From Sminthopsis crassicaudata (Eukaryota): a stretch of DNA of 64,000 bases. Below, one piece after another: positions 25,331 to 38,689 of the stretch (position 1 is its first letter; every line of letters starts with the position of its first letter). Location: assembly GCF_048593235.1 (NCBI RefSeq), contig NC_133617.1, positions 497,530,958 to 497,594,957 of the forward strand. Reading direction: 5' to 3'. Below the pieces are notes generated by a model that had not been told where the DNA came from, did not search any database, and was given only the letters and a program-made list of their open reading frames with translations. Both the position numbers and the translations under genes were made by a program.

Positions 25331-27479
25331 GTTTTTAAATTTGAGAATGGATTTAAACAAAATAGTGGGAGAGTATCCTACCCTCTCCCCTCCCTCTTTC
25401 CATGTGTTTTTATTCTTCTTTTCAAAGGTGATATTTACTGAAAATCTTACACCATACAATATTTATGTATGATGTTTGTTCCAAGCTTTGTTTACATGTT
25501 TGTATTAAGTTCTGAGCTAATTTCTGCTTGCTTTAGTTTATCTGTATAAAATGGAGACTTGAATGTCAATTTGCCTCAAGTTTCCTGTTTGAATGAAACA
25601 TTTAAACAGAAAAGATAATATTTATTTATTTGTGGTAATAAATAGATGGCATTTGAATAATGTTTTTTCCATGCTTTTGAAGGATGACTCCTTTTAGATT
25701 CTTTAAAATTAAAAAAGTTTCTACCCTAACCTCCAACATTAAATGAGAAGCCTGTAATAAAACACATAATATGTTTAGCTTCAGTAGTGTCTCACAGATC
25801 GTAAAAAATAGGGAGAGAAAAACATGGATATAGTGTTACAAAATGGTTTTAAATAGAAGATGAACAATGAAACATGAACACACCCATATACTAGCTTTTT
25901 TTTTTTTTAATTTGAAGCATCAGAGAGAAATTTTCTCTATACCAGCTAGGCATTCCTTTCTGATACATTTCTGACATAGCTGTTATCTATTCTTAAGTCC
26001 TAGAAAGAGACCTTGGTAAGTAATTATCCCTTTTGTGTATATATATACATATATATATATACACACACACACATATATATATATATAATATACAAATTGA
26101 TAAACTCACTATGAAGTATGGGGGTTTATTGATTAAATAAAATACAATATTACTCTTATTTTGAATATGTTGGATAAGAACCAGAGTATGTCTATCCTGA
26201 CTCATCTCTGATGCTTTTGCAAAACATCTGGTGTTAGGAAAACTTTGATGCAAATATGTTTGTTAGCAAAACTTTTAATTGGACTTGAACCCTATAATTT
26301 TGCAATAACATTCCCTTTCTTCCCTTCCCCTACATCTTGAAGAAGGCCACCACTGGGATAAATTTTTGAGATTAAGTTACCCAGGAGGGGGCTGATGCAG
26401 TGAGCTAGAACAAATTGTGAAATGATTAATGGCTAGGATAAGAAAAAGCAAAAATTTGTCTCCTCTCCCAGTAAGGCATTTAGTCTTAGTTCTGAAGGGG
26501 TTTGGTGAAATTTCTGTTTTGCAAACCTTTTAAAACTAACAGTTCATGTTTAATGATTCATAGTTCTTTTTCTAATATGGAGGTACTATGAATGTAAACT
26601 GTATAGATAAACTTGAGCCCTCCATTAATGTCTTACATGTATTTGTTATGTATGTTTAAGTCATCAACATTTTTGTTTATGCTGATGCCCAGGGAACACT
26701 TAGATTCTGACCTGTTTTAACCAGAGCAGAAATATATATAAAATGACCATACATTTTTATATGAAATTTGAGTCATTTTTCTTTATTATTTCAAACTACA
26801 GGCATGCACACTTTAAAAATTCGTTAATTACCTGGTTATTTTTAACCTATTCCATGTTAAAGGTCTGTCTATTTTGAAGCATTGAATTTTTCTGCTTTTG
26901 TATAAATAAACCCTGAAATTCATAATTGTATCTGAGCTAAACTGTACCTTGTTATATGTATTTGATAAATAATGTTATTCATGTCTTTTCCAAAACTGAC
27001 AATCTCTCTGTTATTCCTTATTTTTCATCATTATAGCATATCTTGGGATATCAATGATTAGAGAGGTTCTAGAGGGGTTCAGCCCTACTCACATCTACCT
27101 TATGTCTTTAGGAAGTGGCTCCCACTCTTTAAGAAAATTAAATAGCTCATATAAATAAGTGAAAAGGAAGAAAATAATTCATGTGAGAACACAGGTTTTT
27201 GTAAAATGTTGAAATTGGAAAATTCTGCAACTAAAAGAAAAAAAATTGACAGCCCACAATCAGTTACTAAAACAACTACATGTCTTAAGAATTACCTAAG
27301 AATTACTTAGATTAGACAAAATTCAACAGTTGGATAACATCTTCTACACAGAAAAATATAAGTTTTCAGTTAATTGAGAATAGGTTCCCTTGCTTCAAAC
27401 CTAATAAAAAGAAAAGTTTTAAAAAGAATCTCTTTTCTCTTGTCCTGTAATGGGCAATGTATTTCCTAGAACAGGAGTT

Positions 27480-27690
27480 CCTAATTTGAGATCCAGGGTT
27501 TTGCCTTCCAGGTAATCCATGAAAAGAATTCAGAGGGTTCATCAACTTGAATGTAAACATACATCTTTATTTTCAATAACTTTTGGTTTTCTTTGTAATC
27601 TTTTTTATATTTTATTCATATAAATATATCCTGAGAAAGGGTTCACAAATTTCACAAGAATGTCGAATAAATGACACAAAAAAGGGAGAG
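27480..27690. mobile_element. Probable hAT/Charlie-like non-autonomous DNA transposon fragment
   Basis: atcctgagaaagggttcacaaatttcacaagaatgtc...atgacacaaaaaagg resembles the end of a marsupial Charlie-type MITE (recalled). Confidence 0.45.
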
Positions 27691-28216
27691 AGATAGAAAA
27701 AGAAAGAGAGGGGAGGGGAGAGAGAGGGGGAGGAGGGAGAGAGGGAGGGAGAAGGACAAGGAGAGGGAGCATGTAAAACTAATACTCCAAAGTCACAGTG
27801 GACAGGGAGAGGGAAAGGAAGAGGGAAAGGGAAAGGAGGAGAAGGAGAGGGAAGGAGAGGAAGAAGGAGAGGGAAGGTGAGAAAGAAGGAGAGGGAAGGA
27901 GAGGGAGAATAAGATGAAGGGGAAGGGAAGGGGGAGAGGGAAGAGAAGAGGGAGAGAGAAGAGGAAGAAGGAGGGAGCGAGAGGGGGGAGAGATAGAGGG
28001 AAAAGAGGAGAGAAGGAAGAGGAGGGAGGGGGAGAAGAAGAAGGGAAGGGAGAGGCACAGGGGAGGAAGAAGAGTAGGGGAAGGGAAGAGGGAGGGAGAA
28101 GGAGAAGGGAAAAAAAGAGGGAAGGAGGGGGAGAGGGGGAGAGGGAAGAAGAGGAAAGAGGAGAGAGGGGGAGAGGGGAAAGGATGTACGGTAGTGGAGA
28201 GGGAGAGGGAGAGGGA
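27690..28216 (+). repeat. ~525-bp polypurine (GA-rich) low-complexity tract, interrupted once by a 33-bp unique insert
   Basis: Seen directly. It is almost pyrimidine-free on the + strand apart from 27770-27802 and a few isolated bases. Confidence 0.97.
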
Positions 28217-28299
28217 TGAGGTAGAAGATAAAACATTTTGCAATTGGTGGACAGATTGTATAAACATGTAAAACTAACACTCCAAAGTCACAGTGGAAT

Positions 28300-28720
28300 G
28301 TGTTGCCTAACTTGGTTATGACTCAGAGGACTGTGATTAAAACATAAGGCAGACTAGCTAGTGAGACAGCATGGCCTTTGTGTCTCACCTAACAAATGTT
28401 AGTATTGATTTGCCATTTCCTTACAGGACAATATCGTTCCCTCTAACTAGTGTCACTCCATAGGTATTTTTGATTTCACATCTTCAAATTTAGCTATGGA
28501 AGTTTTTGTAGACATTTTCCTCCAGGCCATCAGTCTCATTGTCACAGTGCCATGGATGGAGTGGTGGTGCAGTAGCTGTGATAAGTAGGTGATTAAGTTT
28601 TGACATGTAGGTGTTAGATCCTTTGACAGTGCTTTGCATATACTCATACTCCACATCCTTACTCAAGGCTTCCTTAGGACATAATTGTCATATCACAGAG
28701 GTGGACCTGTGGGACTTTTA
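28300..28720 (-). mobile_element. Interspersed repeat fragment, possibly a marsupial Mariner-like element 5' region
   Basis: The reverse complement ...gatatgacaattatgtcctaaggaagcc...atatgcaaagcactgtcaaagg...aaaacttccatagctaaatttgaaga... resembles a recalled marsupial repeat. The class is not verified. Confidence 0.3.
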
Positions 28721-29859
28721 GGAAAGATGGCATAGAGTTAGAAATGAAAAGCCTGAATATTCATCATGATTACATGACAATAATTTACAGCAACTAATAT
28801 TTATAAAGACAACTAGATGGTACAATGAATAGAATATTAGGCCTGGAGTCAGGAAGATTGACATAAAATTAAATTGTGGTGCTCAGAAATTCTACTTCAC
28901 ACAGTAACTTTCATGAATAACAACTTGAAGGGGCAATCACTGCTATTTTTATACCAAAAATACAAAGCATTAGGGGTCATTTCATGACTATAACAAAATA
29001 TATGACAATGAGAAATTTTTTTTGTATTAACTGATTTCATCTCATAGGTTCAAGCACTTTTAAACTCTCCTTTGATGCCACAATTATAAACCAACACTCA
29101 CACTGACTGAAACATGCTATTTGTAATGTATTTTCAAATACTTAGCACTTAGTACCTGGCACATGTGGGTTGGGTTGGGTTGGGAGGGCCTTAATAAATG
29201 CTTTTTGATTGAATAAGTATAAGTACAGTATCAGACAAAAGAATGACTTGGCCACAAGGATTCTAAGAGTAATCTAAAGAAAAGAAGAGATAAAATAATT
29301 TACAACTCTTGAGTAATTATTGGCGAGTGATAGGTTTTGGGGAAAGATAATTAGCTATATTTTGGCCATCTTGAATTTGAGTTGCCTATAGAAGTGCAAG
29401 GTAAAAGATCTAACAGTACTTTAATGATATGGGACTAAAGTTTTGATTTAGTTAAATAGATCTAGAAAAGATCCATGCTAAGTTTAGCTGCAGAAAAGAT
29501 GGAAATTCTGAAAGTCCTGGAGTATTGGAGGTAGAAATGCCCACTGGTTCTTATAACTAGTTAAGATGACATTTGGAATGAGGGTGAACTTCAAGTATAA
29601 AGGCAGGGCAGAGTTCTGATGGTCCTCTATATATTTAAACAAATGGAAGTTTTAACTCTCATCCATCTACCTTATCTAAATCCTGTGATCAGTTAAAGCA
29701 TCCTGGATGTATGGGAAAGGCAAATTGGAAGGTTGCTCCTAGAGGTGGAAGCTCTGTCTGCTGTCTTGAAGCAGATGGTTTTAGGATGATTTGGGGACAG
29801 GAGAAGGGGAAAGGGAATGACAAGAGTAAGAAAAAGAATAATGAGGTAAATAAAGGAAA

Positions 29860-30345
29860 ATGATAGAAAATATTACATTAGTTTTATGGCCATAAAACTG
29901 AGAATATAAAAGAAATTAATGAATATATATAATGAACAAAATAGTAAACACAAAATAAATCAATATCAAATGTATAATATAAGTCAATATCAGAAAAAGA
30001 AACCATACATTTCATTGATGAACTTGCACATAAATAAATACTAGGACCAGATGGATTCATGAATTATTTCAAAGAATAGACATTCCAAAAACAAATAATC
30101 CCAAAACAATTTAAATTGGTTTTCAGAAATACAGAAAGGTAGCAGTACTTTGCCCAGTTTCCATATATTAGAAAAACATAATTTTATTTCCCAGACCATG
30201 TAAGAACAAGAGTAATAAAGAACATTATAGACTAATATCACAAAGAGATACTGATAAAAATATTAAATACATTCTGACAGATGCAATTAAACAATACAAA
30301 AATCTATCTTTGGTCAAGCATGATTTATATCAATGATGCATTTTT
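29860..30345 (+). mobile_element. Old L1 ORF2 (RT N-terminal) fragment
   Basis: ctaggaccagatggattca...attatagactaatatca...aaaatattaaatacattctg corresponds to the PGPDGF...YRPISL...KILNKIL motifs. Confidence 0.7.
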
Positions 30346-31399
30346 TGTGTTCAATTCATCCTGGGGAATCTAAGAAAATAAATTATTCATGTAAATTACT
30401 TTAGCTTGCTTAAAGTCCTTCTCTGATGTCTCACTGTGCTATTAATAGTGAAATTGACCCTGAGTTTTCAAAAACTACTTCTTATGGATATTAGTGGTTA
30501 GATTCTGATGAGTCCTACCCATTGGAAAAGTCAGGGGTCTGAGGACTGGTCTGAGTGCATTAATGGTCTGAGATAAGGTGATAAGATCTCTGGACCCTGA
30601 AGTTTTCCATGACCACCTTATTAGGTGGTCCTCTGTGTTACATGCAATACCTACACCAATAAAATTATAGACTTTTGAAGTGTTGACGTATACAATCACT
30701 AAGAAACAACTCATGAAATAATCCATTCTAATGTTCTATATTAATTTCTGGAGGCAAAAATATAGTTAGGAATTTACTTCCAAAAATCAGTGTCTCAGGA
30801 GAAAATGATTTCTCTTTCACTAGAGGTTTGTTAAGTATGTTGTTCACTTATGGGTTGTACTGGATGGGATTCTATGTTCACTTCCAATTCTAAAAGTTCT
30901 TTTCCATTTTTAGGTGTTTTGAGAATTAATCCCTACATGTTTTAAAAATTGTGATGTAATTAGAAAAATGAAGTTAGCTATTTTAACATGGAAGAACTGA
31001 ACTATCATTAGAGAGGAATTGAGGGTCTCATCAGGGATTTCTTGCTATTTGCCTATGATTTTATCTTTCCTCCCCACAATGAACAGCAGTCTTCATACCA
31101 ATTATATCATCTTTCTCTCTAGTATGCATCACATTTTCTGCTATTATATTCTTTTTCTCTTCCTTAATGCACCATCACTTTTTAAATTTATTTCTACAAA
31201 GTTGATCATCTGTGGGTGGAATTTTCTGAGCTTTAATTCATGATGTTTCAGGTCTCTTTATATTTACTCTCTGCTTTCACTCATTTCCTTGTGTACTTTT
31301 AGAAAGAAATCTCTTAATGTTCTCTTTTTTATTATCCCTGATTGCTATATTTGATTACCCTTCTTGTATTTTTGTTATCTGAGAAGTTTGGGAAACAAA

Positions 31400-32400
31400 T
31401 AATTAGTTCAGGTCTTTTTTTTTTTTTTCTTGTAATGATTCAGATGTCTTTTTTTTTTAATTCTATCTTTTAAAATTAGTGGTTAGGCTAAGTAAGACTT
31501 GCAGAACAAGTTAAGTTGGATTGCTTTATTGAGCTCCTTTTCTTTTCTGAATACATGATTCCATCTCCTGTAGTTTCTGTGGGAGTATAATCTTTGATTA
31601 AGAGAATTGCTTTTTCTTTATATTTGGAGGTCCTTCTCCTGGTTGTTTGCAGAAGCTATTGTCATTGGATGTGATAATTTAACTATTATATTTTTTGGAG
31701 TTTGTAGCATTTTTTTTTGTGGAGGCAAACCATGAATTCTTTGAATTGGCATTTTGTTTTCTGGGTTTAGAAATTCAGGACAATTTTCTTGTATTATTTC
31801 CTTTATGAAATTGTTTATGTTTTTTGATTTATGATCTTGAGAGACTTAAATCCTTTAGTTGTCTTTTTGCATCCTATCTTCAAAATCAATTATGTTTTAC
31901 TTATATGGAGATAATGCTTTCTTTTACTTTTATTAGTTTTGAGGGTCTTCCATTCTTTTTTTTCTGCTGAGTAGGTCATAAATTCTGTTTTAAAATTATT
32001 ATTTCTCTTTTAAGCCATCTAGAAACATCCTGAAGTGTTTCTGTGCTTTTTTGAGAATCCACAGATTCCTCAGCGTTTTAAGATATTGAATCATTTTTCT
32101 TTGTCTTGTAATATTTATTCATAGGTGGCTGGACTCTTAGCTAATTTTAAGAGCATTTTCTTTTCTGTTATTATTAATATCCCCCTTGGTGTTTTTGCCC
32201 TGGCTCAAAGTTTTTAACTCAGTTTTTTTCCCCGAGATTTTTGGTAATTTTGACATTTTCTCTTTATTTCCCTATTATTCACTTTTTTTTCCTTCACTTC
32301 ACCTTTGGTGACAGTTTTCCTGGGTGATTGATCTTAAAATCCTCTCAGCCTCCTCAGGCTCTCCCACTATGCAATTAATTTTTTTTTTTTTTGCCATTGC
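31400..32400 (-). mobile_element. Old L1 ORF1-region fragment
   Basis: Antisense L1 ORF1-like sequence (tttagaaattcaggacaattttcttgtattatttcc). Confidence 0.55.
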
Positions 32401-32774
32401 TCAGCTTGACCAGTCCTGCCTGTGTGATGGGTGGGAAGACATTAAGAATTAACCTTCTCTGCATTTTAAAAAAACACATCTGAATCTTAGTATCCTTTAC
32501 ATTTGCTTTACATCTTGCTACCTTGCTTATGTTTTAGTATATACATGTATACTAAAGAAGCCGTTTGGGGATTAGAGAAAATACTTTTTCATCTTGTTAG
32601 ACAAGAGATTCACATTCTCTCATTTTCTCATTAAGATTATTATCTCTTTCCCAATCATGCTGTCACTCAAAAAGAAAACATTCTGTCATTATAAAACACA
32701 TTTATTGCATGAAATTGGATTTTAAGAGATTATTTAAAAAGATTAAAATACTATTAATACTTCCAAGTAACTGT

Positions 32775-33499
32775 TTTTTATTTTTAAAATTTTTAATTTT
32801 TATGTTATATCTTTTTATTTACAAAACATATGCATGGGTAATTTTTTAAACATTGGCCCTTGCAAAACCTTCCAAATTTTTCTCTCCTTCCCTCCACTTC
32901 CTTCCCTAGATGGCAGATTGTCCAGGACATGTTAAATATGTTAAATTATATGTTAAATCCAATATATGTATACATATTTATACATTTATCTTGTTGCACA
33001 AGAAAAATTAGATCTAAAAAAAATCTGCGAAGGTAAACAAAAATGCAAGAAAACAATAACAGAAAGAGTTAAAATGCTATGTTGTGGTCCACACTCAGTT
33101 CCCATAGTCCTCTCTCTGGGTGTAGATGGCTCTCTTCATTACTGAACAATTAGAACTGGTTCAAATCAACTCATTGTTGAAGAGAGCCATGCCCATCAAA
33201 ATTGCTCATCGTATGGTCTTCTTGTTGCCGTGAATAATGATCTCCTGGTTCTGCTCATTTTACTTAGCATCAGTTCATGTATGTCTCTCCAGGCCTCTCT
33301 GAAATCATGCTGTTTGTGATTTCTTATAGAACAATAATATTCTATAATATTAATATACCATAATTTATTTAGCCATTCTCCAATTAATGGGCATCCACTC
33401 AGTTTCCAGTTTCTTGCCACTACAAAAAGGGCTGCCACAAACATTTTTGCACATGTGGGTCCCTTTCCCTCCCTTAAGATCTCTTTGAGATATAAGCCT
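32775..33499 (-). mobile_element. 5'-truncated young L1 (ORF2 C-terminus, 3'UTR, A-tail) with target-site duplication gtaactgt
   Basis: The track ORF reads GLYLKEILREGKGPTCAKMFVAALFVVARNWKLSGCPLIGEWLNKLWY. gtaactgt occurs at 32767-32774 and 33500-33507. Confidence 0.93.
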
Positions 33500-33769
33500 G
33501 TAACTGTCTCTTTAATTCTGCAAAGCGAACAAACACATCCAGAGACCATTGGTAGAGAATGGTTATTATTTATTTCCTTTCCAATCCAATATCACAGTCA
33601 TAAAATGGGGAAATGCACAATCTTACTGTCCTAACTCCAATCTATGTAGTTGTAGTAAGCACTTCCTGGATAATTAACTGGACCTTAAGGTTGGATGATC
33701 ACCTGGGATTCCATTATAACTCTTCAAAATCACCTTGTACTGGATTGTAGACCATAGTCACTTCAACCG

Positions 33770-34191
33770 AGCAATTATTTATTCATTAAATAATTTTTTA
33801 TTAAATATCTCTTATTAAGCCAGGTACTATTTCTAGGCACTAGGGACACAAATACCAAGAATGAAACAATCCAAGCTCATAATGAGCTTACATTTGAATG
33901 TATAAGGCAACAACTTGAGTCAATAGATACAACAATTAATTTAATAAATACAGATATACATAAAGTATTTAAATGCAAGATAATTTGGGAAGTAGGATAT
34001 TGTTAATCAGGAGGATTAGAAAAGGCTTCTTGTAGTATATGGTGCCTGAACTGTGCCTCAGAGAAAGAGGAACATAGGTTGGAGTAAGGAGAGAATAAGT
34101 ATTTAAGGCATATAGAATGGTCAATACAAAGACACAGAGACATGGCATGAAGTATCTAAGATGAGGTAAAGGGGAAGATAATTTGATTGAA

Positions 34192-34251
<60 letters not shown>

Positions 34252-34330
34252 TGTATGTGTATGTGTGTGTGTTTGTGAAGGGGGATAATGTCCAGTGAGG
34301 CTACTGAGATAGGTTGGAGCTAAGTGATAT
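33770..34330 (-). mobile_element. L2 fragment with a nested (TG)n at 34196-34272
   Basis: Antisense L2 tail ttattaagccaggtactatttctaggcactaggg...gagcttacattt. The TG run is seen directly. Confidence 0.7.
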
Positions 34331-35115
34331 AACATTAGGCCAGTCAATTTACCATTTGTGCTGCATCTCAGGTAGGACTTTGTGTGTATTTGTTTTCCAG
34401 TAATTCAGATATTGCCAATTTCTAATTTCAATAATACAATCTGAAATTCTGGATGGGAGCCCAGATGTACATCTCCAGCATTGTGTCCTGGTTTACCTCC
34501 CTCACATGGCTTTCTGGTATGATGCCAAAAGCTGTTCTGGTTCTAAGTTTTAAATATTCTACTTAGCATGTGTTTAACAGTCTTTTGGCAATTCCCTTTG
34601 AATAAACTAATTCTTCAACACTGCATTTTTTGCATTATTGGGGCAAGAAGATGATAAGCTACCTAAGCAAACATTGTATTAGCAATAGGTATATTGACAA
34701 AAATTTAAAAAATCAATAAAATTGAAAAAAAATTCAAATAATGTTCTCACTGACTTGGAAAAAAGGATGATTAGAAATTAATTAGGTAGGGAAATATATA
34801 TTTTCTAGTATAATGGAGACAATATCTTAGTTACAAAAAATGATGCCTCCCCCCCAACCTAAAAACTCAATAGCTACATGACACATGCATGTTATAATGG
34901 ATCCTTGAGATTCATTCACTTAAGGAAATCTAAGAATTAGAGGTTTTGATCTGCTTTTCAATGAACTTTCAATTAATTAGTAGGTCCTTTATCTTGAATT
35001 ATAATTTCTATCAAAGTAACTAGGTAGCCAGTACCTATTTAAATAAAAAAGCTCTATATTTGTAAATCTGCCTGAAATATGATTAAGATATAGAGACCTT
35101 TCTCTTTCTTTTAAG

Positions 35116-35179
35116 GGAAGCAATCAGTCGTGTTTGTGAAGCAGTACCTGGTGCCAAAGGAGGTTTCAGAAAACAAAAG
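35116..35179 (+). CDS. SHC3: SHC3 exon (human exon 3 equivalent, 64 bp), PTB domain: (R)[21 protein letters not shown]
   Basis: Boundaries are ttaag|G...AAG|gtacta. The peptide matches SHC3 [22 protein letters not shown], and the 64-bp length and phase match the human exon as recalled. Confidence 0.95.
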
Positions 35180-35249
35180 GTACTATTCTTTCTGTTTTGT
35201 TTCTTTTTATTTTTCTTTCTCACCATTTCCCTAAGTGAATCATTTTCTC

Positions 35250-36360
35250 TTCTATCTTTCTTTGCTATTTTTTCTCTGCAAGAGATCATTCTTTCTTTGA
35301 CCATATTTTAGCTTTTTGTAAAATTATTATTATTTTTTGTATCAACTTCATTTCCAAATATAGCCTTTCCTCCTGCTGTACTCAGAGTGCCATCCCTTCT
35401 TAATAAAAATGAGAAGATCAAAGAAAGAAAAACAGACCAACAAAACTAACAAACAAACCAACCAATTCTAATAGTCCAATGTTTCATATCCATCATGTCT
35501 AATATCTTCAAAAAAAGAAAGGGAAGTGCATTTCTTCATCTCTTTTTGAGACCAAGTTTGATCATTATAATCACTTAGTGTTCCATTATTTTTGTTCTTT
35601 CCACCTACATTATTTCTCATTATGTATATTGTTTTCTTAGTTCTTCTTACTTCACTTTGCCCCTCCCAAATTCACAGATGCACCAATATTTGCCTTTCCA
35701 TAGCTCCTTCAATACTGACTATTCCCATCTTTATTAGCTTTAGCAATTTATTAGATATGAGATGAAACCCACTTTTTATTTTTAAAAATATTTTCAGTTA
35801 CATATTTATTTATTCTAAAGATTGTTGTCTCCAAGTTTCCCTATATTTCCTTACCATTGAAATTTCCCCCCCCCTTCACTATTGTTTCATGATTTGTTCA
35901 TAGAATTCATATGATTTAACTCATTCATTTTTCAGGCTATCATTGTTATCTCTTTTTGGCCCTGCATTTTGTTTAATTACCTTATTTATTACTTATTTTT
36001 ATTATATTCTGTACTATAAAGAATTTTTTTTAGTATTTTTGCTTTTTCACATTTATTTTTCATTTCTCTATGCTCTAGAATATAATCTATTTTATAAACA
36101 TATCTTGTAATATATATGTATGTGGGTGTATGTTTCTTAATTTTCTCATACAAAAAGCATCATAAAATGCTCATCTTTCAATTAGTCAATAGTTTTGTCC
36201 AATTCTTTATTTTCTGTTTTATTCATATTTCTTTTGGATTTATCTAGCTCTGAAGGAGGGATATCAAAGTTTCCTACTATTATGTTACAGTTTACTTTCT
36301 TGGAATTATATTAATTTTACTTTTTGAATTATATGTTATACCACATTGTATGTCTATGTT
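35250..36360 (-). mobile_element. Old L1 fragments in the intron between exons 3 and 4
   Basis: L1 3'UTR-like and endonuclease-like antisense segments (gatttatctagctctgaaggagggatatcaaagtttcctactatt). Confidence 0.55.
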
Positions 36361-36740
36361 TAATTTTGATATTTATAAGTATTATTTCATTTGATTCTCA
36401 CATCACTCTTCTGAAGTAGATATATATGCTTTTTGTTTGGTTCTTATTTCAAGTATAGACATGTAGTAAAGTTTTGTCACATCAAAGCTTTTTCAATTGT
36501 CTAATCTTCTATGATTATTCATGTAAATTGTTCTCTTATCATTTACATATTTCAGTTGAACTTGATATGATGTTTTCTATGATATTTAATTTTTTCTTAT
36601 TATTTCTTAATAATTCTTATTATTTTCTTATAAACTTCCAGGTATGGTCAAATCTTGCCTATGTTAAGAATAGATTTCATTTTTAATATATTTTTAGATC
36701 AAACACTATCAAATTAAAATTGTGTTGCTTGATTTTGCAG

Positions 36741-36860
36741 CCACCACGGAAGGTCTTATCCAACATTCTGGGAAAGAGCAATCTTCAATTTGCAGGCATG
36801 AGCATAACCTTGAATATATCCACCACTAGCCTAAACCTAATGACACCTGATTCAAAACAG
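36741..36860 (+). CDS. SHC3: SHC3 exon 4 equivalent (120 bp): [40 protein letters not shown]
   Basis: Boundaries are ttttgcag|CCA...CAG|gtatgt. [12 protein letters not shown] and TPDSKQ are diagnostic for SHC3 (SHC1 has GRSNLKFAGMPI/AADCKQ; SHC4 has FSGMNI/NLDNQQ). Confidence 0.96.
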
Positions 36861-37475
36861 GTATGTGAGTTTTAACTGCTTCCCGATATTCATTACTAAA
36901 AGTACTCTAAATTGATAGTTTCTTAAGTTATGTTAAGGTATTATAGTACAGTGGAAATAAATATATGTAAATATACACATATATTATGTCTGTGTGTTTA
37001 TGTATAAGTCAATCTTTCAAATTAATGCAAAATTTTTGGAATAAAGTAATACAATCCTGCATTTTAGTCAAACTGTCTTCCTTTATGAATTGCCACTGAT
37101 AGTATAATAGAGGGTATTTTTTTTTATCTGTGATTTTTGCAGAGCTGTAACTAAAAATTCTAGTATCTAGGGCAAATTCAGTTAAATAGGACAGCAAGGA
37201 GGAAAAAAAGACCCTAAGATTTCTGAAATTGGAATGTACCAGCAACAGCTAATGGTCCCAGTATTATGTGGATCTCCAGGGGATATGATAAACTACCTGA
37301 GTGGTTGCTGGCAGTAGTGGGTAAACCTTGGAAAAAGATTATGAGAGTGATGGGTCCCTTGAAATTGTGGCCTGTCCTGGGAGAGGGGATATGCATCCCT
37401 CTTCTATGGCACTGACATTCAGAGAAATGAACTTCCTCTTTATAGGAATCTTCTGCACTTCATAGTTCTTTATGA

Positions 37476-37612
37476 ACTTTATATTGTCTTTCTGTTATTC
37501 TCTCTGTCTCTGCTTTTGTCTCTGTCTTTCTGTCTCTCTGTCTCTATCAATTTATCTGTCTGTCTCTGTCTCTTTGTCTCTCTGTATTTCTGTCTGTTTC
37601 TCTCTCTCTCTC
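37476..37612 (+). repeat. (TC/TG)-rich polypyrimidine tract upstream of exon 5
   Basis: Seen directly. Confidence 0.9.
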
Positions 37613-37652
37613 AGTAAATTTAAAAATAATATTAAAATTTTATTTCTAACAG

Positions 37653-37706
37653 ATTATAGCAAATCATCACATGCAATCTATTTCCTTTGCTTCTGGAGGT
37701 GATCCG
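37653..37706 (+). CDS. SHC3: SHC3 exon 5 equivalent (54 bp): IIANHHMQSISFASGGDP
   Basis: Boundaries are ctaacag|ATT...CCG|gtaaga. This is the near-invariant Shc PTB motif, in frame with the flanking exons. Confidence 0.96.
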
Positions 37707-38689
37707 GTAAGAAATTTTTTTGTCTTGTAATGGTGGAGAACATTAATTTTCTTTATAAGTTGTATCTATTTTTAGAAAACCAAATGTGCTTTTATCTTTA
37801 TTGGTTTGATAAGCTACTTCTTGGCTATTTTTTAAAATATTCTTTTTTTGGAGAACTCATTTCTCAGTATTCTTAAACCTTATTCAAAGACCTGAGCTGA
37901 GGAGTCAAAGGTTTTAGAAGGATTTTCTTTATCTTAATATAAAATAGATAACAGAGTTTTTCAAGATTTATTTGAGTAAATAAAGTGTTTGTAGAGATAG
38001 AATGGCATTTCTATTTTCATTTATATGTTGTATTTTAATAGAACAGATATAGACTAGAGAAGTAATTTGAATCTTTAGGCAAGGCCACCCCTTCATCTTA
38101 AGAATTTATCCTGTTTTTAAATGTTCTCCCTCTTTCTGTGACCCTTCCTGGATTTCATAGACTGAATTAATAACTCATTTCAAAGGAGAAAAAAGAAGAA
38201 AAACAAAATCATATCTCCAATCCAACTCTGTAGTAAAAGGAAAGAAGTGATGAATACCCCTCTTCCTCCTCTCACTCACCAGTTACAGAAATATGGACTT
38301 GCTTTTCCCTTGTTTTCATTTGAATGCATTCCCTCTCCACCCTCTGCTTTCCCATCCTTCTTTATTTCTGTGAAATCTATTATTGGCTGTAGTTGACACT
38401 ATAGTGAAAGAGGGTGTTTGAAGTCTAGCCTTCCAATCTCTCTTAATTTTAAAATATGATCAAAATAACTCTACTGAGTCTCTAAGCATCCAGAAAAGCC
38501 AAGCTGCCTAACCATGTGGAAACCAATGGGAAACTGCAGGCTGCCTACTGATCTAATGAACTCATTCTGGGGGACAGAGGGAAAGGGAAGCATAGTTGAT
38601 GACTTTTCTCAGCCTCATCAGCTGCATATGAGTACTAAAAATGAAAAAGCATTTGTTAACATATCTCTAATTTCTTTATAAACAAAGCA

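Larger units (their letters stand above)
1..35115 (+). other. SHC3: Large SHC3 intron (intron 2 equivalent, at least 35 kb)
   Basis: No exon encoding [23 protein letters not shown] (exon 2) was found by eye upstream of 35116. Confidence 0.7.

Noticed and set aside
27612-28280. Long Pro/Ser/Leu-rich and Glu/Gly/Arg-rich ORFs (up to 222 aa)
   Set aside because: These arise from the GA/CT low-complexity tract, which lacks stop codons; they are not genes.
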